Shown: in pieces, positions 47,145 to 59,925 of the stretch | Numbering within the stretch: the first letter of the stretch is position 1 | Layout: each line of letters begins with the position of its first letter | Origin: Lingula anatina | Lineage: Eukaryota; Animalia; Brachiopoda | Length of the DNA: 64,000 nt | Reading direction: 5' to 3' | NCBI GenBank assembly: GCA_051362555.1 | Contig: CM120644.1 | Span: 18,436,534 to 18,500,533 of the forward strand | Position numbers and translations under genes: made by a program | Notes under the pieces: model-generated | Seen by the model: only the letters and a program-made list of their open reading frames with translations | Database searches by the model: none | Told to the model about the DNA's origin: nothing

Positions 47145-48481
47145 ACCCATTCAGAATAGAAGGTCCGAGGATCTTCTGATCCTTGGATCAAATATGGCGG
47201 ACTCACGTGAAAGAAGAGACAAATAATCCGCTGACAGTCTCCTGAATGGCCTCTTTGAGTCCACACTTCAAGAGGAGCAGATGGAAGTGGTTTTCTGGGT
47301 CTTCCAGAAGACAGTCAGAATTTTTCAAGCTTACATTGACGGGCATGTATTTTTTGCTGTCGGGAGAGGGTCTAAAATGGAGGATGGATCAATAGAGATA
47401 CTTGGAAGACTCTCAGAAAATACACAGTATCTCTGGATCTGCCCCTGCTACAGACATTCTACAAGAATATTAATTGTTACTTTTTTATTCTGAGTGATTT
47501 TCATGGACGTGCAATTCTGTTTGGGGGTACTAAATTGTTATTTTTTTATAAAGTGAAATGTTTTCATTGTCCTAATGTGCATAAAATTTGAATTCTTGTT
47601 AATAATTATGATAAAAATGATAATGAGGTTTCATGAACAGTTCCAATGCATAAAGACCTAAAATAATATGTTACTCAGTATAAATCCTTGAAATTTCAAC
47701 TACTCTTTTTAGCTATCTTTTTCAAGATTTGTCACATTACCAGGACATATCTCATCAAAATGTACTTTCTAGATTGAAGCCAAAGCTTTTTTCAGAATGT
47801 TCGGAAACAACATGTTAAACGTAATGTATCACCAACAAATAATTATTTTTCAAAATTATAGACAGTCATTGTATAAATTTTGCTTAAATCTAATGAGGAA
47901 TAACTACTAGTAGTGCTATAAGGTCTTGTATGGAGTTTTATTTTAGTGTATAAATTAAGTTCAAGGTATGCAAAGGTAAATGCTAAAAGACCCTTGGGAA
48001 TATCCTGACAATAATGTAGACTGTGATTTGATTGTCTTTCGACCTAAAAGGCTGTAGCACTATCTCAGAAATTTCAGTATTAATTTATAATATTTTTGTA
48101 CCAGTTTTAATGATAGGTCATTCATGATGCTTAATACTTAGATTTTAATTGAGGTTAGTAGGTTACCTACTTGGTCATGTATCATTGGGTAGCACTGAAA
48201 ATGCCTTTACTTGGAAAACTTACTTAAATGTTCTAAACTTCTTACCATTTCAGTAGGTTCAGAAAGAAGTCAGAGCTCAGGATAATCTGATGTTATACAT
48301 ATATATATATATATATACTCCTGTAATAAACCAAAACTACTGTCATTTCACAGACTTCAGTGTGCACATTCTGAATTTATTTTTAACGTATCTCTGTCGG
48401 GTTATGATATTAATGTAAAATGGTTTAGTGTTCATTTGTAGTTGTTATGTTCAACAAAAGTATATTACAGTCACTACAATG

Positions 48482-48842
48482 CAGTGGTGGATTTAGGGAG
48501 GTTTCATGGGTGTCCTGAACCCCCCTTTGGTTTCTGAAAAAAATCACACCAATGGTCCCCTTGTGAAATTAGAACTTTGAGTGCATTCCCATAGATTTAA
48601 ATCAATCCATTTAGATCGACCTAACTCCCTGGGGGTTCACGCTAAATTGATGTCAGCCGAGCACGCACAGGAGTTAATTACCCCCTTACAGCTCTTAGTA
48701 GGCATTTAAGCCGTAATCCAGTGAGACTCCTCACAGGGATAGATCAATCTAAAATCTGTGGGAATGGGGTCTTTGACAAGCTGAATCATAGTTCCTAACC
48801 ATACCAAATGGCACTGTTCGCCCTCTAAAATACCAAGAATTT
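48482..48842 (+). mobile_element. hAT-type MITE family B, 5' part, interrupted by a Harbinger MITE at 48579-48771; full copy at 55657-55921 and 3' half at 57995-58179
   Basis: Shared aaaaatcacaccaatggtccccttgtgaaattagaactttga..aagctga.tcatagttc; termini cagtggcggat / atccgcccctg. Confidence 0.8.
48579..48771 (+). mobile_element. PIF/Harbinger MITE family C nested in family B, TSD TTT
   Basis: TIRs gagtgcattcccatagattt / aaatctgtgggaatggggtc; the empty site aac-ttt-gacaagc is present in the copy near 57995. Confidence 0.85.
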
Positions 48843-49302
48843 CCAGTTGAATTGAGATGAGATTTAATTAATTACTGTACCCCTGCAGGGATGACGTGGG
48901 GAGGCGTGAAAGAGGTGAAGAGACCATTACAGGATTAAGCGGTCTCCCTTTCATGTAGGTCTGCCATATTTAGGCCGTGGACCAGCTAGCACTCAGTTCT
49001 TCTCATTCTGAATGGTCCCTAATTGACTAACTGGTGCGTGAACTTTCAGAAAACAGTTTATATTACTAATGGCCAATATTCAAAATTATGTAACCATTGT
49101 GCATTTGTACATCTCTCCTGATTTACAACTTGGCTTTACATGATGCTGCTTCGGAAATAACTGACAAGTAGACAAGGCGGGATGAATGATTGCCAGCAAA
49201 ATTTCTCTGCACTGAAATTTGAATTGTTTTTTTAATAATAATAATAATATTTTATTGGAATATTACAACCCGAAGGTTGAAGTTTTACATAATATATATA
49301 CT

Positions 49303-49346
<44 letters not shown>

Positions 49347-50656
49347 ATGAAATGAATGTATGTGAAAGAAGCCTGGTCATTTTTGCCCAATTACACTCTA
49401 CCTCCCTGTGGAGGATATCTGTAAACATCTGGATACCATATTAGCCGATATACCACCTCATAAAATGTTTCACTGAATGGACAGATCAATTAATATTACT
49501 TTCGAGTTACGGGGCCCAGGTTCTTCATGTAGCAGGATGCAGGATTCCTACAACACTTCCCAGCAAGATAGCACTTCACACTATTTTTTAAACGAGTAAG
49601 CAGACGCCGTTTTATAGAAACAACACGTAAAGGGGTGCTTACTGTTAATGCTCTCTCTCCGTCTCATACATGTACATGTGTAAGTGCGTTTTTTTTTTAA
49701 TGAAGAGACACTCCCCACTCTAAGCGTACAAACGAATCCATAGGTAGCATTTTGGCTTTCCAAACCACACAGAAAACGAATTATGACAAATTTCGTTCAA
49801 ATGAGGTATTATTTTAATTTCATACTTCCTTTTAATGTAAAAAGCCACATTTAATTTGTATTGTTAAAATGCTACTTTATAATAAAATGCTTAATAAGTT
49901 GAAAAGCATTATTAGGCAATATATCTTAAAATATCCTTTTATTTTGGACAAAATTTAATATTTGTTAAAATCAGCAGATGGAAAAGACGTTAAAACTTAG
50001 CGTCCCGATGCCCCCAGTTTAAAAATCCAACCCGTCGGACTGTTAGTTTTTAAAAAGGCCCCGACGGACACTGATCTGACTGAACATGTACTGTCGCGTC
50101 ACACAGGTATTCCGTTTCACGACATTTGTACGTTTTTAGTCTATAAATTAAAAATTTTGATCATCACAAGCATCATACGAAGACTATAAGGTTTAAACGT
50201 TTTGTGTCCCATTAAAGACCCCAACACTTTCTGCTATATAGCTAATTTGTACTGATTCCTTGGGACTCTGAGCTGCCATTTCTTGTTCTACCATTTCTGT
50301 CACACCGGTTTTTGTACAGGTCATCACTGGCTTCATTCCAGAGTATGTTTTTTCGTTCGTTGCATGTATGATCAAAGACATATCGTGTATGAAGAAGGTT
50401 GATGAAGAGAGCCGCGATCTAATCACTCGCTACTGGGAAACTTCCTCCTATGCATTATGCCGTGCATAAAAAAGTACACTGGTTGATCAACAAGACGGCG
50501 GTGATCTCCAACTCCTGAACTCTTGTTGACGTGGAATACTACAAATAATAAACTAATTATTCCAATTAACGTGACGGTTATGTCCTACCGTGACTCTAAG
50601 TATTCTTGTTTACCAGCGCCAAATGCACGCTGCTCGAGTGTATACCTCAAGACTTA

Positions 50657-50879
50657 GGGTGCATTCCCAGAGATTGAGATCGATCCAGAGATTCAGATTT
50701 AGATCGACCTAACTCCCTTGGGGTTCACGCTGAATTGCAGTGTCAAGCGCGCACCACAGTTAATTACCCTTTTACAGCTTTTAGTAGGGGGGACAGACGC
50801 TTAAGCCGGTTAAGCTGACAGTAATCTAGTGAGACTCCCCACAGGGATAGATCGATCTAATATTTATGGGAATGGGGTC
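50657..50879 (+). mobile_element. PIF/Harbinger MITE family C, TSD TTA, ~150 bp upstream of the SMB gene ATG
   Basis: tta|gggtgcattccca...tgggaatggggtc|tta; homologous to 48579-48771. Confidence 0.85.
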
Positions 50880-51032
50880 TTAGGCAAGGCCGCCGACGTG
50901 TTTCAGTAATTACTTGCTCAGCGGCATGAAATCGTATCTTCCAAGAAGAGTTGGAGATGTATAAATGACCAGCAAACGCTGATCTGCGTCACTTACGTGC
51001 AACGACTGCACAGAGATTTCGAATTCAAAAAC

Positions 51033-54000
51033 ATGTTGATCATCCGCCTTTCTTTATGCGCGCTGATATTTGTTCAGCTTGCCCATGAAAATGGTCAACT
51101 TGCCGGTTTAGCCCAAAAGTCGCCCAACGTTGAGATTTGGACGCTTGCGGGATTCACGAGGGATCCAAAACATCTTAGAGATGGAGTGCAAGAGATAACC
51201 ACTAAAAAGGCGCCCATTACTGAGGGAAGAACTCGCAGGGGAATCACACAAGAGTTGTCCACTGGTGAGGGTAGAATTCAAGAGGGAATTACACAGAAGT
51301 CGTCGCCCACTACTGAGGGGGGAATGCATGTGCACGTCACACAAGAGACGCCAACCGCTAAGGGTGGAATGCACAATGAAGTCACACAAGAGTCCCCCAG
51401 TCAAAAGGATACATTTCGAGAAATGTCTGACAACGGCAGTGAAACCTCTTCTTTCCCAGACGTGACTCTCACGCCGTATAGATGGCTCTGTGCAAGGGGA
51501 GGTAAATTCAGGATCCAGGTCCACTGCTACTGCGATCCTGTGTGTGTCCTGTATGGTGACTGCTGTTATGGGATGACAGAGAATGCGACTGTCTGCGCTG
51601 CTTCTGTCAGATTAAGAAGGACACACGACACAATGCAATCTGCAACGGTTTCTGGAACCAACGCAACAGATTCTCAAAGTGACAGCACCACCTCGACTCC
51701 ATCCCCTAACAAAACATTTTCTTTGATACGGGGGAAAAAACAAGTCGACCCTGTGTCTATCTCCCTGGCACATAAAAGCTCCTGTAGAAGAAGTCCAACA
51801 TTACATCGAAAAAACCGACAAACCACATTACCCTTTGTGGATAATTTTGGACTAATGTTTTGGATGGTGGACCAGTGTCCGACGTCTTGGCTGGAAGAGG
51901 AAAGTCGTATGAAGTGCATTGATACCTCAAATACTAGCCTCACAGAGGACGCGCTCTTGTACCAGCCAGTCACCGACCCAGATACAATGATAACTTTCAG
52001 AAACAAGTACTGTGCAACCTGTAATGGTATCAAGGAAGGCGGGGAACCGTGGGAACTCGTCGTCTATTCCACTAAGAACGTACCATTTGACTTCTTTGCA
52101 AATTGCAGCTCCTCGGATTGCGTGTTAAAAAAACTTGACGATGGCGGAAGTAATGTCATTTTCGAGCCAAAACCGGAATGGCATTTACGAACGTGCTTCA
52201 GGGAAGTTGGGGACGATGCCTTCGGTCCTTGCAAGTTCAGTTTTATCAATGGAAGCGTGCGTCGTGTACCTCGTCCACTCCCCCTGCACTCAGCTTTACG
52301 AGATGCCTGTATGGCGTACAACAACCCCGTTGTCTTTGGCGGTGTTGATATCAGTCACAAGAACTTCCACTGTATGGTGTGTTATCTGGGTGATTTTCTA
52401 CTCTGTGAAGGTGAGTGGTATGTTTAAATATATAAGAAACGTCATATGTGATCAATTAGAACTGTACATTCTAGGCGTGAATAATTTTCATTAAGCTTAC
52501 TTGCCTCCCTCGTAACCTCGGCGAGCAGGATTGTGGAACCTTAGAAATAAAATACGCTTGATGAGAATGTCATTTTTGTTTTCTTGAGGCGTAGTTTTGG
52601 CATGTTTTCCCTAGATAAATGGTTTAATTCAATTTTGCCAATAATATCACAAAGAAAATGGCTAAATGTAATTGATATTGCCAAGATTCATTTTTTGCTG
52701 TGCGATATCTTTTGAATCAATTTATTTTTGTGGACATTACATAGGTAGGTCGAATTTCAGTTCAAATAAGTTTTTATTTATAATCCGGAAAAAGCAAGCA
52801 TTGATTTCATGTTGACGGAAAACTGCCATGAATTACTGAGAAAATTGCGTTTTTTGTGGAGATATGAAGAAAGTTATTAGCACTCTAATATAAGGTATAT
52901 TAGCTTTTGCAGCTTGGGATTGAGCGTAATGTGTAACACTTTTATATAAAAACAGTCAGTGTTTAGATCGAAGATCTCTTTAAGTTACACGTAAACGAGC
53001 TTGGATTTAAACTTTTAATAGTTTCTCATACGACAAAAATAAAATCGACATGTCAAGGGTTAAATCGACTCAATCACTCAAAAAAGGCATGAAACGATGA
53101 CCTTTGGCATCTGTATTGGTTATAATATTTTAAATCTTACGGTGGCCTTTGGTCAGGTTTTGTGGCAAAAACATTGACTTAAAATTCGCCTGTAAATGTG
53201 AGCATATCTTAGGTCACAAATGGCAGATTAAAAAAAAAAACAGCTTTTTAAAATGTCTAAAAGCCTTTTTTTATGTTGGTAGAGGGTAATTAACTAATTG
53301 AATAGCTACTCAAGGAGGCGTGTCAGACAAGATGATTACACTGAATGCATTTTAGCGAGAATACCCCTCAGCATTGGCGCAATCCAGCTGGTACGATATT
53401 TGAATCTAAACGCGGTTGTAAAGCAAATAAATCTAGTTATGTGAACTACAACAACTAGGCCGATTGAAGAACACGTAGCTTTTCTTGTTTGCCAAGCTTA
53501 CATGCTCACTAACTAATTAAAATTAAATGTTATATTCAGATCAGAATTTCGCACCGCCACCGGAAAGATATTTCGGTCTTTCTCTCCGCGCCCTATTGTA
53601 CCTGGGAGACCAAGACCAGGAACAGAGTGATGACGTCATGACTAGGGTGAGAAAAAGAACAGCAATAATTATAAATAATGAGGATGATGATGAAAATTGC
53701 ATTTAGATAAAAGATTGTAAATTATTACTTCATTAATCTTTTCCTGCATTTGTCACGTTAATATTCTGATGCAATTATTGTCATAAGATTTTTTCTCGAC
53801 TTTATGGATGTTAACTGCTGCCCTGAGCCGTACGGCGTAAAACCATGCATGTATATATATATATATATACAATGTACATCCGCACACGTGCCTTTTTTCA
53901 GCCTGTAAACCAGCAGATAGTGTGCCCCCCTGGTTTTGTTCCTGGCCTCCAGGACTGCCGCCCCCTTATGTACAATGTCACTGTAATACGGTCGATCGTT

Positions 54001-54480
54001 TCCTTACATTTTGAACCGTGTGGCTGGGTTCCAACACCCAGAGATAGCTGTAGAGATATCCGAGGAGATGCTCGATTGGTAGCTGTACTGAGAGCTGTTC
54101 AGGCACGTATTAATAAGTGTGGTCAGAAACACGGCGCGGATAACACGTCCATCACTTTTGTCGTTGACACAATGGTCACTCTTCGAGTGAGTCTAGCGCA
54201 CTACGAGGAAGGTCGCAACGTTTTCGACCAAGCACAAGCATGGATGGAAAATGCTCTGCAAAACGCGCAGTTGGAGATATCCGGACGGCCAGTGGGTATA
54301 CGTACAGGATCGTTCTCCACCTGTACGAAGAACCCCACGAACCACAGCTCCGTGACGCCATTTCATGGAGCGTCCACGCTCTCAACCCCGAGGCAGAGCC
54401 GAGGAAATGTACCTGTTGGTAATATTAGAGTTTGGTTGTTAATGGCGCTGGTGGCAGCGGTGTGGGATATCTATGGGTAA
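51033..54480 (+). CDS. Secreted, probably GPI-anchored somatomedin-B/Cys-rich protein, ~687 aa. Exons 51033-52410, 53540-53646, 53902-54480
   Basis: Signal peptide MLIIRLSLCALIFVQLA; Thr-rich repeats; SMB-like CYCDPVCVLYGDCC; MVDQCP...PVTD...TFRNKYCATCN and HKNFHCMVC motifs; CPPGFV..CR; terminal hydrophobic IRVWLLMALVAAVW; GT-AG phases 1 and 0 are consistent. Confidence 0.85.
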
Positions 54481-54545
54481 GACCGTATAAAGAATGATAT
54501 AGGATTGGGCACTACCTTGACTAATCAATCCATAGATGTATATCT

Positions 54546-54597
<52 letters not shown>

Positions 54598-54969
54598 GTT
54601 CTAAAAACAGATACATTTTTACTATTCAGCAAAATCATTCTGTGGACGTCATGACCCCCGCCAACAAGTTTCCGTTTCTGCCCTTGGTTTGTTTTCAAGT
54701 TAACAGCCTAACTCATAAAGTTGTGGGCCCATTATGATTAACATTTTAGGATAAGTCAGAAATGGACCCGCTAAGAAGCGATTACATTTTGGTGGCTGTC
54801 CTTTATTTGATTAATTAATCATGATTATTGAACTGTCTTGACGGAGGCTTGCGCTCTTTGATTGTTTTTTTAGTTTGGTTTATCAACACACTGTGTCCGT
54901 ATTCTGTATTCAGTTAGAATAATGCATACAGCAGGTTAGAGCTCTTTACAAGAGGCCATGCATCTCTTT

Positions 54970-55130
54970 GGCTTCATTCACATGCAATGTCTATTTTCTA
55001 AATTCTATTTTCTATTCGCGGTATGTCTTATGATCACGGTCTGTGCCCTGAATATCCCGCGGCGTAATTACTGGCAGCGCGAGCTAGTTACTATAAGTTA
55101 CTATAAGTAACTGGCCATGTGAACGAAGCC
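54970..55130. mobile_element. Harbinger MITE family E, TSD TTT
   Basis: TIRs ggcttcattcacatg / catgtgaacgaagcc; shares sequence with 55191-55414. Confidence 0.75.
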
Positions 55131-55190
55131 TTTATATCAAAGGCCCTACCTGACGTCTTGCTGGACAATACAGGAAAGTACATTGAATAA

Positions 55191-55414
55191 GATTCCGTTC
55201 ACATGGAAAGTCTATTTTCTAAAAATCTATTTTCTATTCGCGGTATCTTGTGATCACTCCGAGCGCAGCCGAGCATTAATTACAGCTTTGGAAGTAACTG
55301 GCTCGCGCTGCCAGTAATTACGCCGCGGGGTATTCAGGGCACAGACCGTGATCACAAGATACCGCGAATAGAAAATAGATTTTTAGAAAATAGACTTTTC
55401 CTGTGAACGGAGCC
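55191..55414. mobile_element. Harbinger MITE family E, fold-back copy with ~65-bp TIRs
   Basis: ccgttcacatggaaagtctattttctaaaaatctattttctattcgcggtatcttgtgatcac pairs with gtgatcacaagataccgcgaatagaaaatagatttttagaaaatagacttttcctgtgaacgg; flanks taa/tta. Confidence 0.85.
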
Positions 55415-56112
55415 TTAGCCAGAGACATATCTGTGAATTTCTAGTGAAAAATCAATCTGTGGTCCTGGTAGAGGGTAAAGGATTAACTGCGGTTCTCTTT
55501 TTGATTCATTTGATTCACTGTTTAAACAGTAACAGGTCTTGTGGCGCATGTCTGGTAATATACATGCATGTAGTTATTGTAGTATATTGATCTATGATAG
55601 CACATTATTTGCACGTGTAACAAACATATCCTTGATTGAGTGATATTATCATCAATCAGTGGCGGATTTAGGGGGTGGGTGCCAGGGAGGTCCTGACCCC
55701 CCTTCGATTTCTGAAAAAAATCACACCAATGGTCCCCTTGTGAAATTAGAACTTTGAGAAGCTGAGTCATAGTTCTAAACCGTACCAAATGGCACCGTTC
55801 GCCCTCTAAAATACCAAGAATTTTCGGAGCCCTTCAGCGGGTCCGAACCCCACGCCAAAAGGGGGGGGGGGTCGACTTCGCATCTGCGGTTCCCCCTTCA
55901 AATAATCCTGGATCCGCACCTAATCAATTTAATACATAAAAATTCGACGTTGTATTGGTGTAAAGGTTGACAATTTGCAAAAAGGGAGGTTACATGTTAT
56001 TAAATATTGCAGAAACTGACCAATTTATATGACCATAATTAACTACAGTAGGAGAAGAACATGATATGATTGCACACAATATTTTAAAGGATTTATCGTT
56101 TGTTGATGTTAA

Positions 56113-57133
56113 GGCCTAGATTACATTTGCAAAGGTCACGTACAATTTTCCGTGTTTTTTTTCTGACAACGCACGTTGGAACTGGCTTGGGTAAATATGT
56201 TTACATTACGTGAGGACGCCAGTGCCATTTAATTCTCCAGCATTATGCTTGGGATCAAGTAGGGAAAAAAAGTTTTTCGAAAAAAGGAAAGTGAGGGCAC
56301 GGAATATTCGTTCAGTCTCAGTGCAGTTGCCGTAAGCTGCTTTCTTGAAGATCGCAGCGTTGTCGGCGCAGTACCCTACGATTTTTAGCACCCAGAATAA
56401 AGCCCCCTTTACACTGGACGGCGTCCTTTCTGCGTCCAGCAGTACGGCCCCATTTGAGAGTTAAAAAATCATAATAATTTACGTGCCGACAACTGGCCGA
56501 TCATTGAGCATTCATTCTGATACAAAATCAATGCTCGTGCCTCCTTATTAAGACCACAGCGATACCAATTTCATGGTCGCAGAGAGGACGCAGAAAGGAC
56601 GCCGTCCAGTGTAAAGGGGGTATAAGGTAACATTCTGCATGTGGTTAACACTTAAGTTTTCTAAAACATCTTTACTATTATTTTGCCTCCAAAAACCACC
56701 AAAGCTGGAAGGGAAACAGTCCAACATTAGGTTCAATCATCATCACGAACACGGCAAGTCCACCTAACAATGGCCGCACGGAACTGTGAAATGTGAACAA
56801 CGATATAATGATAATGTGTCCCCTAAATTATTTCAAAATTTTTTCGAAAGTTGTAGCTTGACAAAATCGGACAGCCTATGATTGCCGTGAATCCCCACGA
56901 TTTCGCACGGCCACCGCCTTCCTTTGCCCAGACGCCGCACGAAAATGAAGTAACGGGCAGTAGGGGCCTATCGGTATACCCAGTACGTGCACCGTACGCT
57001 CACCATTTCGCACGGCCAGCGATTGACTCCGCCCATGCGCCACACGAAAAGGGATTTACGGGAAGTACGGGGAGGGGGGGGGGGGGGGGTATATGTAATG
57101 TACGGACATCGCATGACAAATGTAATCTAGGCT
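56113..57133. mobile_element. 1-kb non-autonomous Harbinger element, TSD TAA, containing a nested MITE
   Basis: taa|ggcctagattacatttg ... caaatgtaatctaggct|taa. Confidence 0.8.
56401..56622. mobile_element. Nested Harbinger MITE, 35-bp perfect TIR core, TSD TAA
   Basis: ccccctttacactggacggcgtcctttctgcgtcc / ggacgcagaaaggacgccgtccagtgtaaaggggg. Confidence 0.88.
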
Positions 57134-57573
57134 TAAAATTAGTACCTCGTGCAATTTGACAAGTCATTTTATATACGATTTAACGTTCTGGAATTCGAAG
57201 ACTGTTTTAAACGTTGTGAATGACTAAAGTTGTAAATGTTTCATGTTGTATAGAAAAAAAGCTATATCGTTTCATTAATGGCAAAGACAGCAAATCTTAA
57301 CTCAAATTCAATTAACTACAAAATGGACAGTTATAAGTACAAGTGTTTTTTATTAGGGATAAATTAAAAGTCTCAGCGCAGAAATGTATTTTGTATTAGA
57401 CAAACTGAAAATTATTAAGGGATTCGGTTAATTGTTTGATTTTGCAATCCAACGGTATATTTATGACATTGACAACAGCTGCACACTGGATGATTACAAT
57501 TTGGAATCCATGGCCAAGTAATTCAAATAAAATCGATATAGCTTTCTTGTGCGTTCGGCTTAATTACCTCGTA

Positions 57574-57867
57574 GGAAGCATTCACATCGAGAAGAGCCGA
57601 GGTCTAGTAAGGCCGCGACCTAAATAGGGCGGACCGCTAATCTTTTAATGGTCTCTCCGCCTCTCACACGCCCCCCCCCCCCCCCCCCCGCACCCACGCG
57701 TTGTCCCTCGACCGGTTGAATTGAGCTGAGATTTAATTACTGTGCTCCTGCAGGGACGCCGCGTGGTGAGGATATTAACAGGATTAGCGGTCTTCCTTTT
57801 ATGTAGGTCCGCCATATTAAGGTCGCGGCCTTACTAGACCTCGGCTCTACTCGTTGTGAATGCTCCC
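57574..57867. mobile_element. Harbinger MITE family D with ~60-bp TIRs; partial copy at 48843-48985
   Basis: agcattcaca..agagccgaggtctagtaaggccgcgacct / aggtcgcggccttactagacctcggctct..tgtgaatgct; flanks gta/tta. Confidence 0.85.
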
Positions 57868-59174
57868 TTAGCTGCTCTAAGAGACGAGTGAGACAGTTCA
57901 GCTGTTTCAGTAATTGCACTTTAGCGAGAAACCACCGCAGAGTTGACTATAATTGTCTTAAATAATCTGACCGCAATTTACGATATGTCATTACAACTTT
58001 GACAAGCTGAATCATAGTTCTAAACCGTACCAAATGGCACCTTTCGCCCTTTCAATTACCAACATTTTTCGGGGCCACTCTGCAGGCCACGAAGCCCATG
58101 CCAAGGAGGGGGGGGGGGGGGTTTTACATCCGCGGACCCCCCCCCCCCCCCCCTTCAAATAATCCTGGATCCGCCCCTGTCATGTATTGGGGTTTTTTTT
58201 ATTAATATCCTAAATCCTATATATATATACTTTTCAATGTACAGGCCACCAGGATCTGAGAATCTACTGGCCTGGACCAAAATTCACTGGCCCAGATCCA
58301 ATTAAAATAAATTAATTAATTAATTTAAAAAATAATAATAAATTAACAAATGGAGATTAAACAGGTTTCTATATATAGTGATACATGACAAAGGCCCTAC
58401 ATGTTATACTGTACATGTATATACCGTACCAGTACTCTTAATTATCATTAAAATTTTAATTTCTGGACTGTCATTAATATAAATATCTTATCAACAGGAA
58501 TGCAGTCAGACAAATCAAAATCACTTGAGTATATTTTGATTAAAATAGTTTTTGTTTTTGGTAATGTTTTATGGGGTAGCCTACATGCATGTACATAGGC
58601 CCTACATGTATAACTTGGACATAAAAAGGAACCTTCTCTTATTATGTCCAAGTGTAGGCCTATAATGAAACTGACGTACTGCATGGTACCAGAACATGTA
58701 TAGGCCTACCCAGTATACATAATTGATAAACTCTGAAATAAAAGCGTACTGGATATGTAGGCCTATATTTTATTTATTATGTACTTTTATTTATTTATTT
58801 ATTTATTTATTTTTGTAAATTCAATAGGCCCTATTATATCAATGCTGCAGCTATTAAAAAAATATGCCATTTAGCCTTATTTAGAGATTTCGTTTTGTTG
58901 ACCTGTGAAAGGACCACAATTAATTCAGTAGGCCTATATTAGAGAAACACCGGTTTCTTGTCAATGATCTGGAAGTTTTTTTTTTTACACATTATCAAAA
59001 ACAACAAATGTTTTCTTCTTGTCAGTTGGAAATCATAATTCGTAGAGAGAATTTTCGTTGTACCTCATTTAAAAACAAAAACCCGCACATGAATTAATTT
59101 AGGTTCCGAGAATCGAAAGATGTAATTAATCGGATCAGCTTCGTTTTACTACGAATGGCTCATTTTAATTTATG

Positions 59175-59215
59175 TGGCTAAGTACGCATGCGCAGTACAC
59201 CGGAAGTAACCGATA
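59175..59215 (+). promoter_or_regulatory. CCDC89 proximal promoter: NRF1-like and ETS sites
   Basis: acgcatgcgca (NRF1 consensus TGCGCATGCGCA) at ~59184 and ccggaagt at 59200, 120-140 nt upstream of the ATG. Confidence 0.6.
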
Positions 59216-59324
59216 AACAACCGTGATATGAAATACAGTAACTTCAAGCACGTTACTCTCTTTCGGGTTGTTAAGTTTATGTGTGTTTTGACGGTGGTAT
59301 GTGGCAGATAGGAATTACGTGATA

Positions 59325-59892
59325 ATGGCCAGAAATCCAAAGGACCTCAAGCAGATGGTTGAGTCGAGTAAACAGGTGAGAAATACCCATATACTTTTGA
59401 CTGCCGAGTTTGAATTTCGTTTTGCTACCGTTTACTCAATCACTGCCCCTGACCCAGCCGTTCTCTCATCTTTATCTTCATCAGGCTGGGGTTTTATATG
59501 TTTTTAGCAGTTAATTGAATATCAAAAGATATAATAATAATTAAAAAATAATAAGAAGAATATATTAACACATGGAGGTTTCTTATTACAAATAAGAGCA
59601 AAAACATGGGGTTTTCAAAAGGTCATTAAAAAAAGACTTCATCATTTATCAATTGAATTGGAGTACATCTTACAGCTGAAAAAATCCACTGGCCCAGTTG
59701 GGCCAAAAACTGATGTTTTTTTCAAAATTTTTATTGGCTCTATCCAAATTTTTACTGGCATTGGCCAGCAGACCAGTGGTTAATAACATTGCAGACTGCA
59801 TAAACCAGTCAGATAAAATATATTTGTAACTTTTGATGTTTTTGTTTAAATACTAGTAGTAGAGGGAATCTACCGGTAGTATGTTTTTTTCA

Positions 59893-59925
<33 letters not shown>

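Noticed and set aside
52490-53500. Possible DNA transposon filling SMB-gene intron 1
   Set aside because: The composition is suggestive, but I could not identify convincing TIRs or a TSD.
48482-58179. Composite (Pack-type) hAT carrying the SMB gene between a family-B left end and right end
   Set aside because: The flanking 8-mers (ctacaatg vs tcatgtat) are not a TSD and the two halves overlap in sequence; independent copies are simpler.
58242-59798. Transposon ends with actggcc subterminal repeats enclosing the CCDC89 promoter and exon 1
   Set aside because: No matching TSD; 59673-59798 looks like a self-contained MITE and 58242 a separate fragment.
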